A DNA stretch of 64,000 nucleotides, from NCBI RefSeq assembly GCF_001194135.2, contig NC_068986.1:30349091-30413090 (forward strand). Direction: 5' to 3'. Origin of the DNA: Octopus bimaculoides. Its lineage: Eukaryota. Made by a program: the position numbers and the translations under genes. A model generated the notes under the pieces. It did not search any database. It had not been told where the DNA came from and saw nothing but the letters and a program-made list of their open reading frames with translations. Below are positions 38,872 to 50,459 of the stretch, piece by piece (the first letter of the stretch is position 1; every line of letters starts with the position of its first letter).

Positions 38872-39582
38872 GTAAGACAAGCGAATACCAAATATCCTTA
38901 CACATAGATGTATTACAAGAAATGTGAAGAGTGAAATTCATACTGAAAGCAACATAACAGATGTGTTAACAACATTAATACTTATGCTAAGCCATAGTAA
39001 ATTAATATCATAAACACTTCAACTTATACTAAACTAACTGACAAGCTGAGGATTTCTCTGAGTCAAACACAATCATGTGTATATGTTCTTTTTATGTTTT
39101 TTAAAGCCAAAACAAAGAAAGTTATAAAAAAAAAAGCATTAATAATATAGGTTGATAGTTTATACTTTTATCTGGTATTTCAATAGTTCAGGCTTAGAAG
39201 CCCTTCTTCAAGAAATCTTTGAAAAGAAGGTGCCGTTAGCTGATTTCTCTTCTATTATCAATTTTTTAATAATTTGCAGGTTTTGGTTTTAAAATACTAT
39301 TAAAAACATATACATACACACATACATGTATATGTATAAGCTATAGTTTTATTTTGTTGACTGTCCCTCCAAGATTTTCTAAAATGTGGATTCATAAACT
39401 AACGAGAGTTATCTTAACCATAATTAGGTACACACACACAGACGCACAAAGATAAAATTGGGGGGGGGGGCTAATATGAACTTTCCAAAATATTTAACTC
39501 TGCTCTCTGTATTTAGTTACCACATCAGTAAATGTTCCATTGTTATTCTTAAACTTGCTTGGAAATAATAACTCTCTCCCTC

Positions 39583-39634
<52 letters not shown>

Positions 39635-39644
39635 CGTGCGTGCG

Positions 39645-40262
39645 TGGTGCCGTCTTCCTAGTGAGGCAGCTGCAGGAAAAGTACTTGTCCAAAAGTAAGC
39701 CATTGCACTTAGCCTTTATCAGCTTGGGGAAAGCTTTCAGCAGTTCCTTGCTCCATTATATGGTGGTCTCTAGGGAAGTTAGGAGTAGAGGAGTGGCTTG
39801 TTAGAGCTGTACAAGCCATGTACAGTGGTGCTGTTAGTAAGGTGGGTGTTGGCCATGAATACAGTGATGAATTTAATGTTCAGGCAGGGGTTCACCAGGG
39901 CTCATTTCTCAGCCCACTCTTATTCATCATAATCCTCCAGGCCATAACAAAGGAATTTAAAACTGGATGCCTGTGGGAACTACTATATACTGATGACCTT
40001 GCTCTTATTGCAGAATCTTTAGCAGAATTGGAGAAGAAATTTCAGGTATGGAAACAAAATCTGGAATCAAAAGGGCTTTGAAGTTAACTTAGCAAAGACC
40101 AATGTTGTTAGTAAGAAAGAAGATAAATCTCTCTTCCCGTCAGGTAAATGGCCTTGCTCAATATGTAGGAAAGGAATTGGAAGAAATTTCCTTTGCTGCA
40201 CCTAGTTTAAACTACAGACACATAAGAGTTGCTGTGGAATCACAGGTAGATTAACAGATAAA
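39645..40262 (+). mobile_element. RTE-type LINE reverse-transcriptase fragment with downstream Cys/His finger
   Basis: 'AVFLVRQLQEKY...LAFISLGKAF', 'GVHQGSFLSPLLFII...WELLYTDDLALIAES', then 'WPCSICRKGIGRNFLCCT*FKLQTHKSC'; frameshifted. Confidence 0.92.
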
Positions 40263-40298
40263 GTCATCATATATATANNNNNNNNNNNNNNNNNNNNN

Positions 40299-40332
<34 letters not shown>

Positions 40333-40957
40333 ACTGTTAATTTATCAATGATAAGTCTCATCTCAATTACCCTGTCTACCTCAATTACTTTATCTGACTA
40401 CCTCAATTACTTTATCTACCCACTTTTCTGCTAACAGTATGCCTACACCACCTACTCCATCCTTCCTGCCAACCCAGAAGAATTTGAATCTGTCTCTAGC
40501 CCATGAGGAATCTAGCTGAGGCTCTCCTCCATCTTATTTCTTGCACACCACACACATCAACATGATGTCATACCATCATATCAATAATCTCCCCACTCCT
40601 TCCTTTCATTGTACCAACATTGATGGTAGTGGCCCTGTGACTGAGTGCTTGTGAGTGGTGATGGCAAAGTAGTTGTGGAAATGTCATTACTTGAAATGAA
40701 GAGTTTTGGTACATATTTCACTCAGTGAAATACAATGAACCACAGTTTCCCTCCACGTCATCCAACATCAAGAGCAAGAGCCAACAAATGGGTATGAGAA
40801 TAGGGTGGTTACATAGGGCAGTTTAAGTATTATATGTCTAAATATGTATATATGAAGTACATTTAACTGCATATGACACTCATCAGGGTACCTGTATGAG
40901 GGTATAAAGGTATAATCAAAATATGTATTCGCACACACGGCACAGGAAGCGTATGCG

Positions 40958-41772
40958 TTGCCTTACCAAAATTACATAAAAATATCTTGAAATACTAAAC
41001 AGTAAATTCAATAAAGCCGTCATTGGCTTCAACCACAGCCTCCAGATGACTTCAGAATCTCCTGCAACTCTTCTGGACAGTCTCCTTGTTTAAGTTGGTG
41101 AAAGCTGCCATAATCCTTGCCTTCAGTTCATCTTTGGTGTTACAAGGAGTTCTGTTGGTCTCTTGCTCAACTGCACTCCACATATAATAATTAAGGGGGT
41201 TGTAGTCTGGGGAGTTAGGTGGCCAGATGTTAGAGGTGATGTGGTCGCAGAAATTGTCTGACAGCCATGAGCAGGTTCCCCTGCTTGTGTGGCATGGTGC
41301 AGAGTCCTGATGCCAGACATGGGGGTCTTCCAGCAGCCACCCTCTTGACTCAGGGCAGCACTACCTCCTCCAGGCACTCGATGTAGGCCTCTGTGCTGAG
41401 TTTGAGGCCATGTGGGAAGATGAATAGAAGCATAACGTCCCCATCACTAATGATCACTCCAAACACCGTTATGTTGACTGGATGTTTGATTTTTAGCACT
41501 CTTGGTACATGTCCTCATATTACACTGTCCTCAGATTGACACCCAAACGCTCTGAAATGTCTGTATTGGAGATTCTGGCACAAATGTTAAGCAGTACAGC
41601 ATGTCGTTTCCAAATTTCTTGCAGAGTAAATTGTGTCATGGTGCTGTTTTTCTCACAGATGGTGCCCAACTGACCCTACTATATTGTGTAGTTGATGAAA
41701 TCAAAAACAAACAATGCGCATGCGCAAAATTAAAAATATAAAATGGCAACAATTTACCCATCACACCCTGTA
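40958..41772 (-). mobile_element. Tc1/mariner superfamily transposon relic, maT (DD37D)-like
   Basis: Minus strand 'VWHQDSAPCHTS...IWPPNSPDYNPLNYYMW...TKDELKARI'. 37 residues separate the QDSAP Asp from the last catalytic position (now Asn). TIR tacagggtgtgatgggtaaattgttgccatt at the right end. Confidence 0.85.
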
Positions 41773-42774
41773 CATACATATATTTGCATATACATGCATG
41801 CACATGTGCATACTTATGCATTCAAGGGGGAGTAATAAACAAGGAAGTCAGGTAAGGGAGAGTAGTTTAAAGTAACAAGTTACTTTCAGATGTACGCACA
41901 CACACACACACACACATATGCACACATACACACACACAGAGGTAATATATATTTAACATTACAATTAACAAACACATCAGGTCAATTAACAACTAATGTA
42001 TAACTGCCAAGCCTAGATTTCTGATACATCTTTCCTAACAGCCACAGCTATTGTACTTGTTAATGCGATGTGACACTGGCTGGTGTATTTGCCGAGAAAA
42101 TTAAATATATTTTCAAAGGTGGGAGAACAATAGCTTACATAATTTATAGAACTTATTGGAACCAGGACAATAAAACAACAATTACACAGACATAAATATA
42201 GGTTTATTTATATATTAATAAATGCATAAATATTCACACATAGGTATGATATACATACAGTTTTGTTGTACAATAAAACTTGACTGTAAAAATCTATATT
42301 TGAGCTTGTTATACTCATCCAGCTTAATGTATCGATTTACCAAGGTTGTTTTGAATAAATATCAAAAGATTCTATTTAATTTCTTCTAGAAATTACTGTT
42401 TAGGTTGCTTCTAATTATAATCATCTTATGTATGAATTTATTATCTAGAGACAGCAGAAAATATCCCAGGGATGCCTTGTGCTTGGAGAACACAGTCAAG
42501 TGCAGCCTAATATACTTAAATGTAGTAAACCAAAATGAATTCTTAATCTAGTTAAATTATATTGCATCAGCATGGCCACAGCTCTAAGCTGAAACTATAA
42601 AAGATATAGTGGAAAGAAAAGTCATTACTGTCAATGAAAATTATTATCAAGGATAACAAGAAGGGGGAAATTTAAATTGCTTAAAAATTAAAAGAGGCAT
42701 GGGAAGTATGGTCACTGATAATTCCTGTGAAAATTCCAGGCAAGGTCTTGTGTTTAGCTCATTGCAGTCAACAT

Positions 42775-43620
42775 CACTTAATGTCCACTTTTCCATGCTT
42801 GCATGGGTCAGACAAAATTTGTTGAGATGGATTTTCTACAGCTGGATGCTCCTTCTGTCACCAACCCTCACCTGCTTCCATGAAAATATGTCTGGTCATA
42901 TTTTCATGTAAGACTGGAAACAAAGGACACCACTTACATGAGGATGACATTTATTTACAGCTATCACATGATGTCAAGGTAAGAAGACAGTAACACACAC
43001 ACATATATATACATACATCATCATCATGATTTAACATCCATTTTCCATGCTAGCATGGGTTGGATAGTTTGACAGGAGTTGACAAGTCAGAAGACTGCAC
43101 CAAGCTTTACTGTCTGCTTAGATATAGTTTCTACAGTTACATGCCCTTCCTAATAACCACTTTACAAAAGTGCACCAGGTGCCTTTCATGTGGCAACAGT
43201 GAGGTCGACAAGTAACTAGCAAGAGAAGACCCCTCAACAGAGGCTTTGTGATGAGAGGTTTGAGTGTGAATAAAGAGTCAGAAATAGGTGTCTTGCAGTG
43301 AAGGGGACACATGGCTACTTCATCTAGAAAAAAAGGAGGAGAGAGGGAAGAGAGATGGTGAAGGTGTGATAGTGGGGGGGTACATTCACATTACAGGGAG
43401 GTGTACATAAGTGGAACCAAGGACTGGATAAGATGAGTGGGTTGGTGGGTATGCTTGCAAGATTGTAAGAGGAGAGCGAGAGATGCAAGCAGAAGGTATG
43501 TTGTGAGTGGACACAAATAAAGGGAGAGTATGTTTGAAGGATATGTTGTGGGGAATAGATTCAAATGGGACACATTGTGTGCATGTAGGTTCATGAGGGT
43601 GCAAAGGGAGAGTGGGAGAT
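42775..43620 (-). mobile_element. Family C retroposon cluster / long form
   Basis: Two 'ttttccatgct(a/t)gcatgggt' tails (about 42790 and 43040) plus a long purine-rich extension related to 27850-28350. Confidence 0.7.
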
Positions 43621-44083
43621 AGAGGTTTGTCTTACAAATCACGATTTTCTCTAACACATTGTCTTGCAATCCAGAACACCTCATGCTTCTGGCTCTCATG
43701 CCACAGAACATCGGTAAACCTCTTCCTTTCTGTTTCTCCTCTAGCTAAATATAACCATTGCCCAGTTTCTCTTCCAGCTGCTTTGCACAGTTCTCTGCTA
43801 ACCCTTCCCTTTCAGTCCTTTCATGTCAGACAGACTTGTTTCAGTTTCTGTCTACCAAATCTACTCACAAGGCTTTAGTTGACCCAGAGCTATATCAGAA
43901 GACACTTGCCCAAAATAGCACTCAGTGGGACTGAACCTGAGACCATGTGGTTGGGGAGCAAGCTTCTTAACCACACACTCATGCCTGCACCATAATTAAG
44001 AGTAAATATTTCATAGTAGTATAAATATGCTTCTAAAGCTGCATCTTGCTACTGATATGCTATTATGCTATTAGTTAAAATTG

Positions 44084-44130
<47 letters not shown>

Positions 44131-44616
44131 GTGGTAATATCTGTTTGTGAAGAAAGAGCCTGATATAGATCAGGAGTCAGCTTTGAAAAATATTCATTGA
44201 ATTCTGTTTTTGTCTTTCATTATTTGAGGCATAATAATGAAGAAAATATATTCTAGTGTTTATTTGATTAACACAATCACCCCCCCCCCCNNNNNNNNNN
44301 NNNNNNNNNNNNNNNNNNNNNNNNNNNNNNNNNNNNNNNNNNNNNNNNNNNNNNNNNNNNNNNNNNNNNNNNNNNNNNNNNNNNNNNNNNNNNNNNNNNN
44401 NNNNNNNNNNNNNNNNNNNNNNNNNNNNNNNNNNCCCCCACAACAACCACCTTTCTTCATTCATTACTTTGCAAAGCCAAATTCTCTACCACGACTTGAA
44501 ATTTCCAGTGAAGGAATCTCTAAGTGGTTACACAACCTACTAGAAGTAACAGCCAAAATATCCTTTAAATCACACATCAATATTTTTAAAAAAGAAAATG
44601 ATATCTTAAAACCCAA

Positions 44617-45021
44617 GCGACACGTAAAATGCACTAGTGATGGTTCTATGTAAAAAGCAATGGTGAGAGTTCCATGTAGAATGCAATGGTGATGGTGCCA
44701 CATAAAAAAGCACTGATGATGGTGCCACGTAAAAAGCACTGGTGATGGTGCCATATAAAAAGCATTGATGATGGTGCCACGTAAAAAGAATTGATGATGG
44801 TGCCATGTAAAAAGCACTGATGGTGGTATAAGATAAAAAGCACTGGTGATGGTGTCACATAAAAAGCATTGATGATGGTGCCATGTAAAAAGCATTGATG
44901 GTGGTGTAATATAAAAAGCACTGGTGATGGTGCCATATAAAAAGCACTGGTGATGGTGCCACGTAAAAAGCATTGCTGATAGTGCCACATAAAAAGCATT
45001 GATGATGGTGCCATGTAAAAA
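44617..45021 (+). repeat. 26-bp minisatellite (about 15 units) inside a family C element
   Basis: Unit gcact(g/a)(g/a)tgatggtgcca(c/t)gtaaaaa, running directly into the family C tail (45022-45185). Confidence 0.95.
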
Positions 45022-45394
45022 GCACCACTACACTCTGTAAAGTGGTTGGTGGTAAGAAGGGTATCCAGCTGTAGAAACTAAAGCAAAACAGACTATGGTA
45101 CCAGATGCAGCCCCTGTCCTTACCAGTTCCTGTTAAGCTGTCCAACCCATACCAGCATGGAAAACAGACATTAAATGATGATGATGAAAGGACACATTGG
45201 ATGAAGTAGTCCTAGATATGCTTAAAAAAAGGAAATGTATGGGGTGGTCACAGCTGAAATGCCTTTGATTATAGTTCTGTTCAGCCAAGATTGATCTACA
45301 GCAATGATTAAAATTGTCAAGCCACTCTCAGCAATGTTTACACTGTCTGTCTCTCTTTTCAAACCTTAGAAGGTTTCAGAGAATATCTGTACCC

Positions 45395-46022
45395 ATATAT
45401 CGAAATCGAACCAAATTCGACGACTTGCACCCATGCCAACCTCTCCTTCATTGGACACTAAACTCTACTTGCGAAGACCTGTTGGGGCAAGTGAANNNNN
45501 NNNNNTCTACTTGCGAAGACCTGTTGGGGCAAGTGAAATCGAAATCGTAATTGAACCATATCCGATGACTGGCACCTGTGCCAGTGGAGCACTAACAGCA
45601 CTGTCCAAGGGCAATCATTGCCAGAGCAGCTGTCTAGCTTCCGGGATAGTTGCCCGTAAATAGCACCATTCGAGGGAGTATCGCCTCACTGACATTTGTG
45701 CCGGTGGCACGTTAGAAAACCATTTGAGCGAGGTCATTGCCAGTGCCGCTGGACTGGCTCCTGGGCAGGTGGCACGTAAAAGACACCATTTTGAGCATGG
45801 CCATTGCCAGTACCGTGTGACTAACCCTCGTGCCAGTGGCACGTAAAAGCACCCACTACACTCTCGGAGTGGTTGGCATTAGGAAGGGCATCCAGCTGTA
45901 GAAACTCTGCCAAATCAGATTGGAGCCTGGTGCAGCCATCCGGTTCACCAGTCCTCAGTCAAATCGTCCAACCCATGCTAGCATGGAAAGCGGACGTTAA
46001 ATGATGATGCTGATGATGATGA
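45395..46022 (+). mobile_element. Family C retroposon, long form with internal ~65-bp repeats
   Basis: 'gcgaagacctgttggggcaagtgaaatcgaaatcg', three gtgcc-N3-ggcac-type units, then the standard tail; homologous to 59105-59760. Confidence 0.9.
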
Positions 46023-46429
46023 TATACAACCTACTTCAAACTGATTGATTTCATACTAATAAATTTTTATTCATTTTTTTTTTGTCTGTATAATGCAACT
46101 GGTAAGCAATAGCAATGATTGATTAAAGGTTTTTCAGCAGATCAACCACTGGTTGACTGAATTCCTGACAAGGAAGCATTTGCAATTCAGTACAAAGGTC
46201 TTTGTTCTTGTTAAGGACCTCATTCAAAAAGCACCAGGCTTTCATTGATATTTACATCCTTTGTTCATATGCATCAACAAAAGATCTACTGACAGAGGCC
46301 ATGGTATACTTTGTACAAGATGTTATACAGTGGATTGAACCTAAAATCACATGGTTGTAAACAAAACTTCTTAACTTCATAGCCATAGCCATACTTTTAC
46401 CCACACACATATATATATATAATGAGTTC

Positions 46430-46620
46430 AAAACAGAAAAATGACAAAAAAAACATCAAAAATCAACAACGCAAGGACGCGATACAGATATTGTGTTACT
46501 GGACGCTCAGGAAATTGTGTTACTCGATGTTTTGAGTGGAGCTCTTCGTCGGTAATATAGGAAAGTCCAAAGAAAGGAAGACAGAGGAAGAAAAAAATCA
46601 CCAACGATATACACGAGGTT
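46430..46620 (-). mobile_element. Probable Penelope-like terminal-repeat fragment with a decayed hammerhead core
   Basis: Minus strand ccgacga-agagctccactc-aaaacatc at 46524-46555. Confidence 0.45.
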
Positions 46621-46639
46621 ACATTATATATATATATCA

Positions 46640-47040
46640 TTTATCTTTGCTTTTTTTCAGTCATTAGACTGCGGCCATGCTGGGGTATTACCTTGAAGAA
46701 ATGTTTAAGTTTACGAATCAACCCCACAACTAATCTCTTAAAAGCCTGGTACTTATTCTAAGTTACAGGGATGTAAACACACCAAAGCCAGTTGTCCAGT
46801 GGTGGTGAAAAACAAACATGGAGATGAAGATATGCACATACACACACATACATACACCCACACATATGCACACACATGCATGCATACACCCCCCCCCACA
46901 CACACACACTAAGCTTCTTTTAGTTTCCACCTACCAAATCCATGCACAAAGCTTTAGTCAGCCTGAGGTCATAGTAGAAGACCCTTGACCAAGGTGCTAG
47001 GCAGTAGGATTGAACCTGGATCCATGTGGTTGAGACAAGC
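46640..47040 (-). mobile_element. SINE family A, diverged
   Basis: Tail, (CA)n spacer, body and head modules in reverse complement. Confidence 0.8.
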
Positions 47041-47689
47041 TATATCCTCAGTAAGCACTTCTGCAAATACTGGCTGGCAATTGTATAGCCATAGACGATT
47101 TGCCTTTTAGAAGAAAACTATCCATATAAACTGAAATTCCAGGTCGTGTGTGTGTGTCTGTGTGTGTGTGTGTGTGTGTGCGCATGACTGCTTGAATTGT
47201 TGGATTATGAAGTTATATAAAAAAAAAAAAAAAAAAAAACATTTACTGATGAAAGGATTCAATGCTTTTAGCAGAATCGAATTTATTATGCATATTGGAT
47301 TGACTGGGATTTCAAATTTTGCCTGTAATGATTTATTCAACCAATCATATATATGCGTGTGTATGTTATATACATATATATATATGTATGTATGTATGTA
47401 TGTATGAATGTATACACATGTATTATATTATATACATAAATCAATATAGTGTAAACACAACAACAGAACTGTATAGCGTTCAACGTATCTATCAAATCTA
47501 CACCAAATTTCATTTAGTGTTTCTCATGCATTAACATCCTCAGATCACTGTGATTATAACATTGATCAATCAGTGTGATAATGTATTGAACAAACAAATA
47601 AGATCCTCTCTCACTCACACACACACACACACACTTTAGCAACTCTCACTACTCATAACTAACAGAGTTATTGCTGTTTTCTGTTGCTG

Positions 47690-48140
47690 CTGTTGTTCAA
47701 CCCCAGGTTAGCGACCATGGTCAAGCAGAACACTGATCAAAAGCATTCCAACCATGAGAATCTCATTTATTCATAGATCATGGACAACAGTGTCCAATGT
47801 GTCCTTTCTTTTCAGTTGAAACAGTAGAATGTATTAGAGGGGGGTTTGGCTGCTATTTCTAACAGTTTAAGCAACCATACAGTGGTTACATTATAGTGTT
47901 GTTGTTCTTGTTGTTATTGTTGTTGTAGTTTTTATTGTTACCACTTTGGTTTAACCCCCACCTCAGATCTGACTGAACAAACCTGCAGTCAAAGGCATTC
48001 CAGTTATGACCATCACAGCTTTTTCAAACATTGTTTACCTTAAACTACATTATCCAATGTTTATCTTTTTAAGGCACTAAGGAGCAATTTGAGTGAAGTT
48101 CTGACTGCCATTTCTAGCATAGTAACGACCTTACAAAGGC
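47690..48140 (+). mobile_element. Two tandem copies of repeat family D
   Basis: 'aaccccaggt..tgatcaaaagcattcca...tccaatgtgtcc...tttggctgctatttcta'; related copies near 7890-8320, 10850-11050 and 45190-45300. Confidence 0.6.
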
Positions 48141-48660
48141 TCTTTTGTTGATTCCCAGGCTGATCCAGATGGTACAGGATTGGATTCAATATGTCATATC
48201 GTCTCTTGCAGTGTGTCTATATTTCTAAGTTCATATCCTACCAGGGTTGCATTCTCTAACAATTTCTCCAGGGATGCTATAAAAAAGGGCCACTTATTCT
48301 GGGGCCAAATACACCAACTGTTCTATCCCACACCAACTAACTCACTGACTTACAACAGAGAAATACTAGTAGCTAAGACAGAAATTGATCTGCTCTATTT
48401 TTCTATGTAGAGTGATCGATTAAATCAATCACACAGCTTTTATCCTCCTATAACTTTATCTTTGATGCCAAATAATTGAGGATCATCCATCCTAACTATA
48501 CTATACTGTAAATATCAAATATAACCCCTACCAACACCAACACCACCACCACAATATACCAGTCTCTTCAACATCCATACACATCCAGCTAAACATCAAT
48601 GCCATACTCTGCCATTCAGAAATGGGCTGTATTCAGCAAATGATGTACCAAATTCAGCCT

Positions 48661-48694
<34 letters not shown>

Positions 48695-48857
48695 GATAGA
48701 TAGAGAAGTAGACAGACAGACAGACAGACAGATATAGATTTGAGTTTGTATTATTGTGTATAGAAGAATATATTAATCAACGAAATTCCAACCTAGTCAG
48801 ATTTTCACACTTTATTATTTATAATTTTTACAATTTTACAATATTGAAATAATAGAA

Positions 48858-48892
<35 letters not shown>

Positions 48893-48901
<9 letters not shown>

Positions 48902-49068
48902 GATAAAATGTACAGTTCAAAAGATTCAGCCTGCTGGAGCCCATTGGCAAGTGTTTAAAGGACAAATCTAATCATTTTACAACAATTGTCAATTGTGGAA
49001 CACGACTGTCACTACATGGACCTGATGATTGCATAATGCATGAAAGTACTAGTTTTATCACAATATAT
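48893..49068. mobile_element. 176-bp segment bounded by a perfect 16-bp inverted repeat next to (TA)n, containing a hammerhead
   Basis: atatattgtgataaaa (48893-48908) / ttttatcacaatatat (49053-49068). Confidence 0.7.
49018..49055 (+). ncRNA. Minimal type-I hammerhead ribozyme motif
   Basis: GGAC-CTGATGA-TTGCATAATGCAT-GAAA-GTAC-TA|GTTT. Stem II tgca/tgca, palindromic AGTACT stem III, stem I ggac/guuu (2 Watson-Crick + 2 G.U); predicted cleavage after A49051. Confidence 0.7.
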
Positions 49069-49069
49069 T

Positions 49070-49650
49070 ATTTTATTCTTTTACTTGTTTCAGTCATTTG
49101 TCTGTGGCCAAATCAACCCCAGGACTTATTCTTTGTAAGCCTAGTACTTATTCTATCGGCCTCTTTTTGCCAAACCTCTAAGTTACGGGGACATAAACAC
49201 ACCAATATTAATTGTCAAGCAATGGTGGGGGCACAAACTCAGACACACAAACATATACATATATACTACAGGCTTCTTTCAGTTTCTTATTTCTTTATTG
49301 CCCACAAGGGATTAAACATAGAGGGGACAAACAAGGACAGACAAAGGGATTAAGTTGATTACATCAACCCCAGAGCGTAACTAGTACCTTATTTATCGAC
49401 CCCGAAAGGATGAAAGGCAAAGTCGACCTCAGCGGAATTTGAACTCAGAACATAACGACAGACAAAATACTGCTAAGCATTTTGCCTGGCACGCTAACTT
49501 TTCTGCCAGCTCGCTGCCTTTAAAGGCTTCTTTCAGTTTGTCTACTAAATCTACTCACAAGGCTTTGGTCATCCTGAGGCTATTGCAGAGGACACTTGCC
49601 CAAGGTGCCATGCAGTGAGACTGAATCCAGAAGCATGTGGCTGAGAAGCA
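49070..49650 (-). mobile_element. SINE family A with a nested family B insertion (16-bp TSD)
   Basis: aggcttctttcagttt at 49270-49285 and 49524-49539 flanks the B copy. Confidence 0.92.
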
Positions 49651-49725
49651 AATTATTTCAATATTATAAAATTCGAAAAATTGTAAATAATAAAACATGA
49701 AAATCAGACCAAGTTCGAATTTCCT

Positions 49726-49777
<52 letters not shown>

Positions 49778-49780
<3 letters not shown>

Positions 49781-50443
49781 TGGTTCTCAACCAGGGTCTA
49801 TTAAGACCCTTAAGATATTTTTGCTAAAATTTATGTGCAATAAACTGGCTCTACTTCTGGTTTTCAAATGGGATCCATATGACCATTGAGGGTCCATATA
49901 AGATTTTGTAGTTAAAATTTATGTGAAATAAATTGGTTACATGTCTACAATATAGGTGCAGGAGTGACTGTGTGGTAAGTAGCTTGCTTACCAACCACAT
50001 GGTTCTGGGTTCAGTCCCACTGTGTGGCACCTTGGGCAAATGTCTTCTACTATAGCCTCGGGCCAATTGTGTTTGTCCCCACACCGTCGCTTGACAACTG
50101 ATGCTGGTGTGTTTATATCCCCGTAACTTAGCAGTTTGGCAAAAGAGACCAATAGAATAAGTACTAGGCTTACAAAGAATAAGTCCTGGGGTTGATTTGC
50201 TCAACTAAAGGCAGTGCTCCAGCATGGCCACAGTTGAATGACTGAAACAAATAAAAGAGCAAAAGAGTAATACACAAAATATTTTAACAGCTTTTTGTTT
50301 TTTTTATTATATACAATCCCTAATAATATTCAATTATAAAAATATAATTGGATTTTTTAGACATGAATAGCTATGAGAGTCCAGCTAAGCAAAATAGGTA
50401 TCAAAGGAGACTCATAGGTAAAAAAAATGATTGAGAACCATTG
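49778..50443. mobile_element. hAT-like MITE with a nested SINE A (about 49955-50265)
   Basis: cagtggttctcaa ... ttgagaaccattg inverted termini; 8-bp flanks atatatat / atatacat. Confidence 0.85.
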
Positions 50444-50459
50444 ATATACATCATCATCA

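Noticed and set aside
44464-45145. His-rich repetitive ORFs (LFTWHHHQCFL...)
   Set aside because: Translations of the 26-bp minisatellite; 3 x 26 bp gives a 26-aa period in several frames, with no sign of coding selection.
45464-45537. 32-bp direct repeat flanking a 10-N gap (also 44 bp at 59293-59390)
   Set aside because: Identical sequence on both sides of a minimal gap is a typical unmerged contig overlap.
44617-45850. CRISPR-like appearance of the 26-bp array and the palindromic 65-bp modules
   Set aside because: No unique spacers and no cas genes; eukaryotic context; the units are parts of a retroposon.
5292-46022. Recurrent ORFs ending ...QPMLAWKADVKR and similar
   Set aside because: Chance frames in SINE family C copies.
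18536-47552. Other CTGANGA...GAAA co-occurrences (about 18539 +, 19755-19770 -, 47523-47552 -)
   Set aside because: No credible stem II or stem I pairing.
48159-48228. Phase-2 exon candidate LIQMVQDWIQYVISSLAVCLYF*
   Set aside because: The pyrimidine tract comes from a repeat end and there is no good donor; a faint likeness to huntingtin 'MVRDW' is not supported by neighbouring candidate exons.
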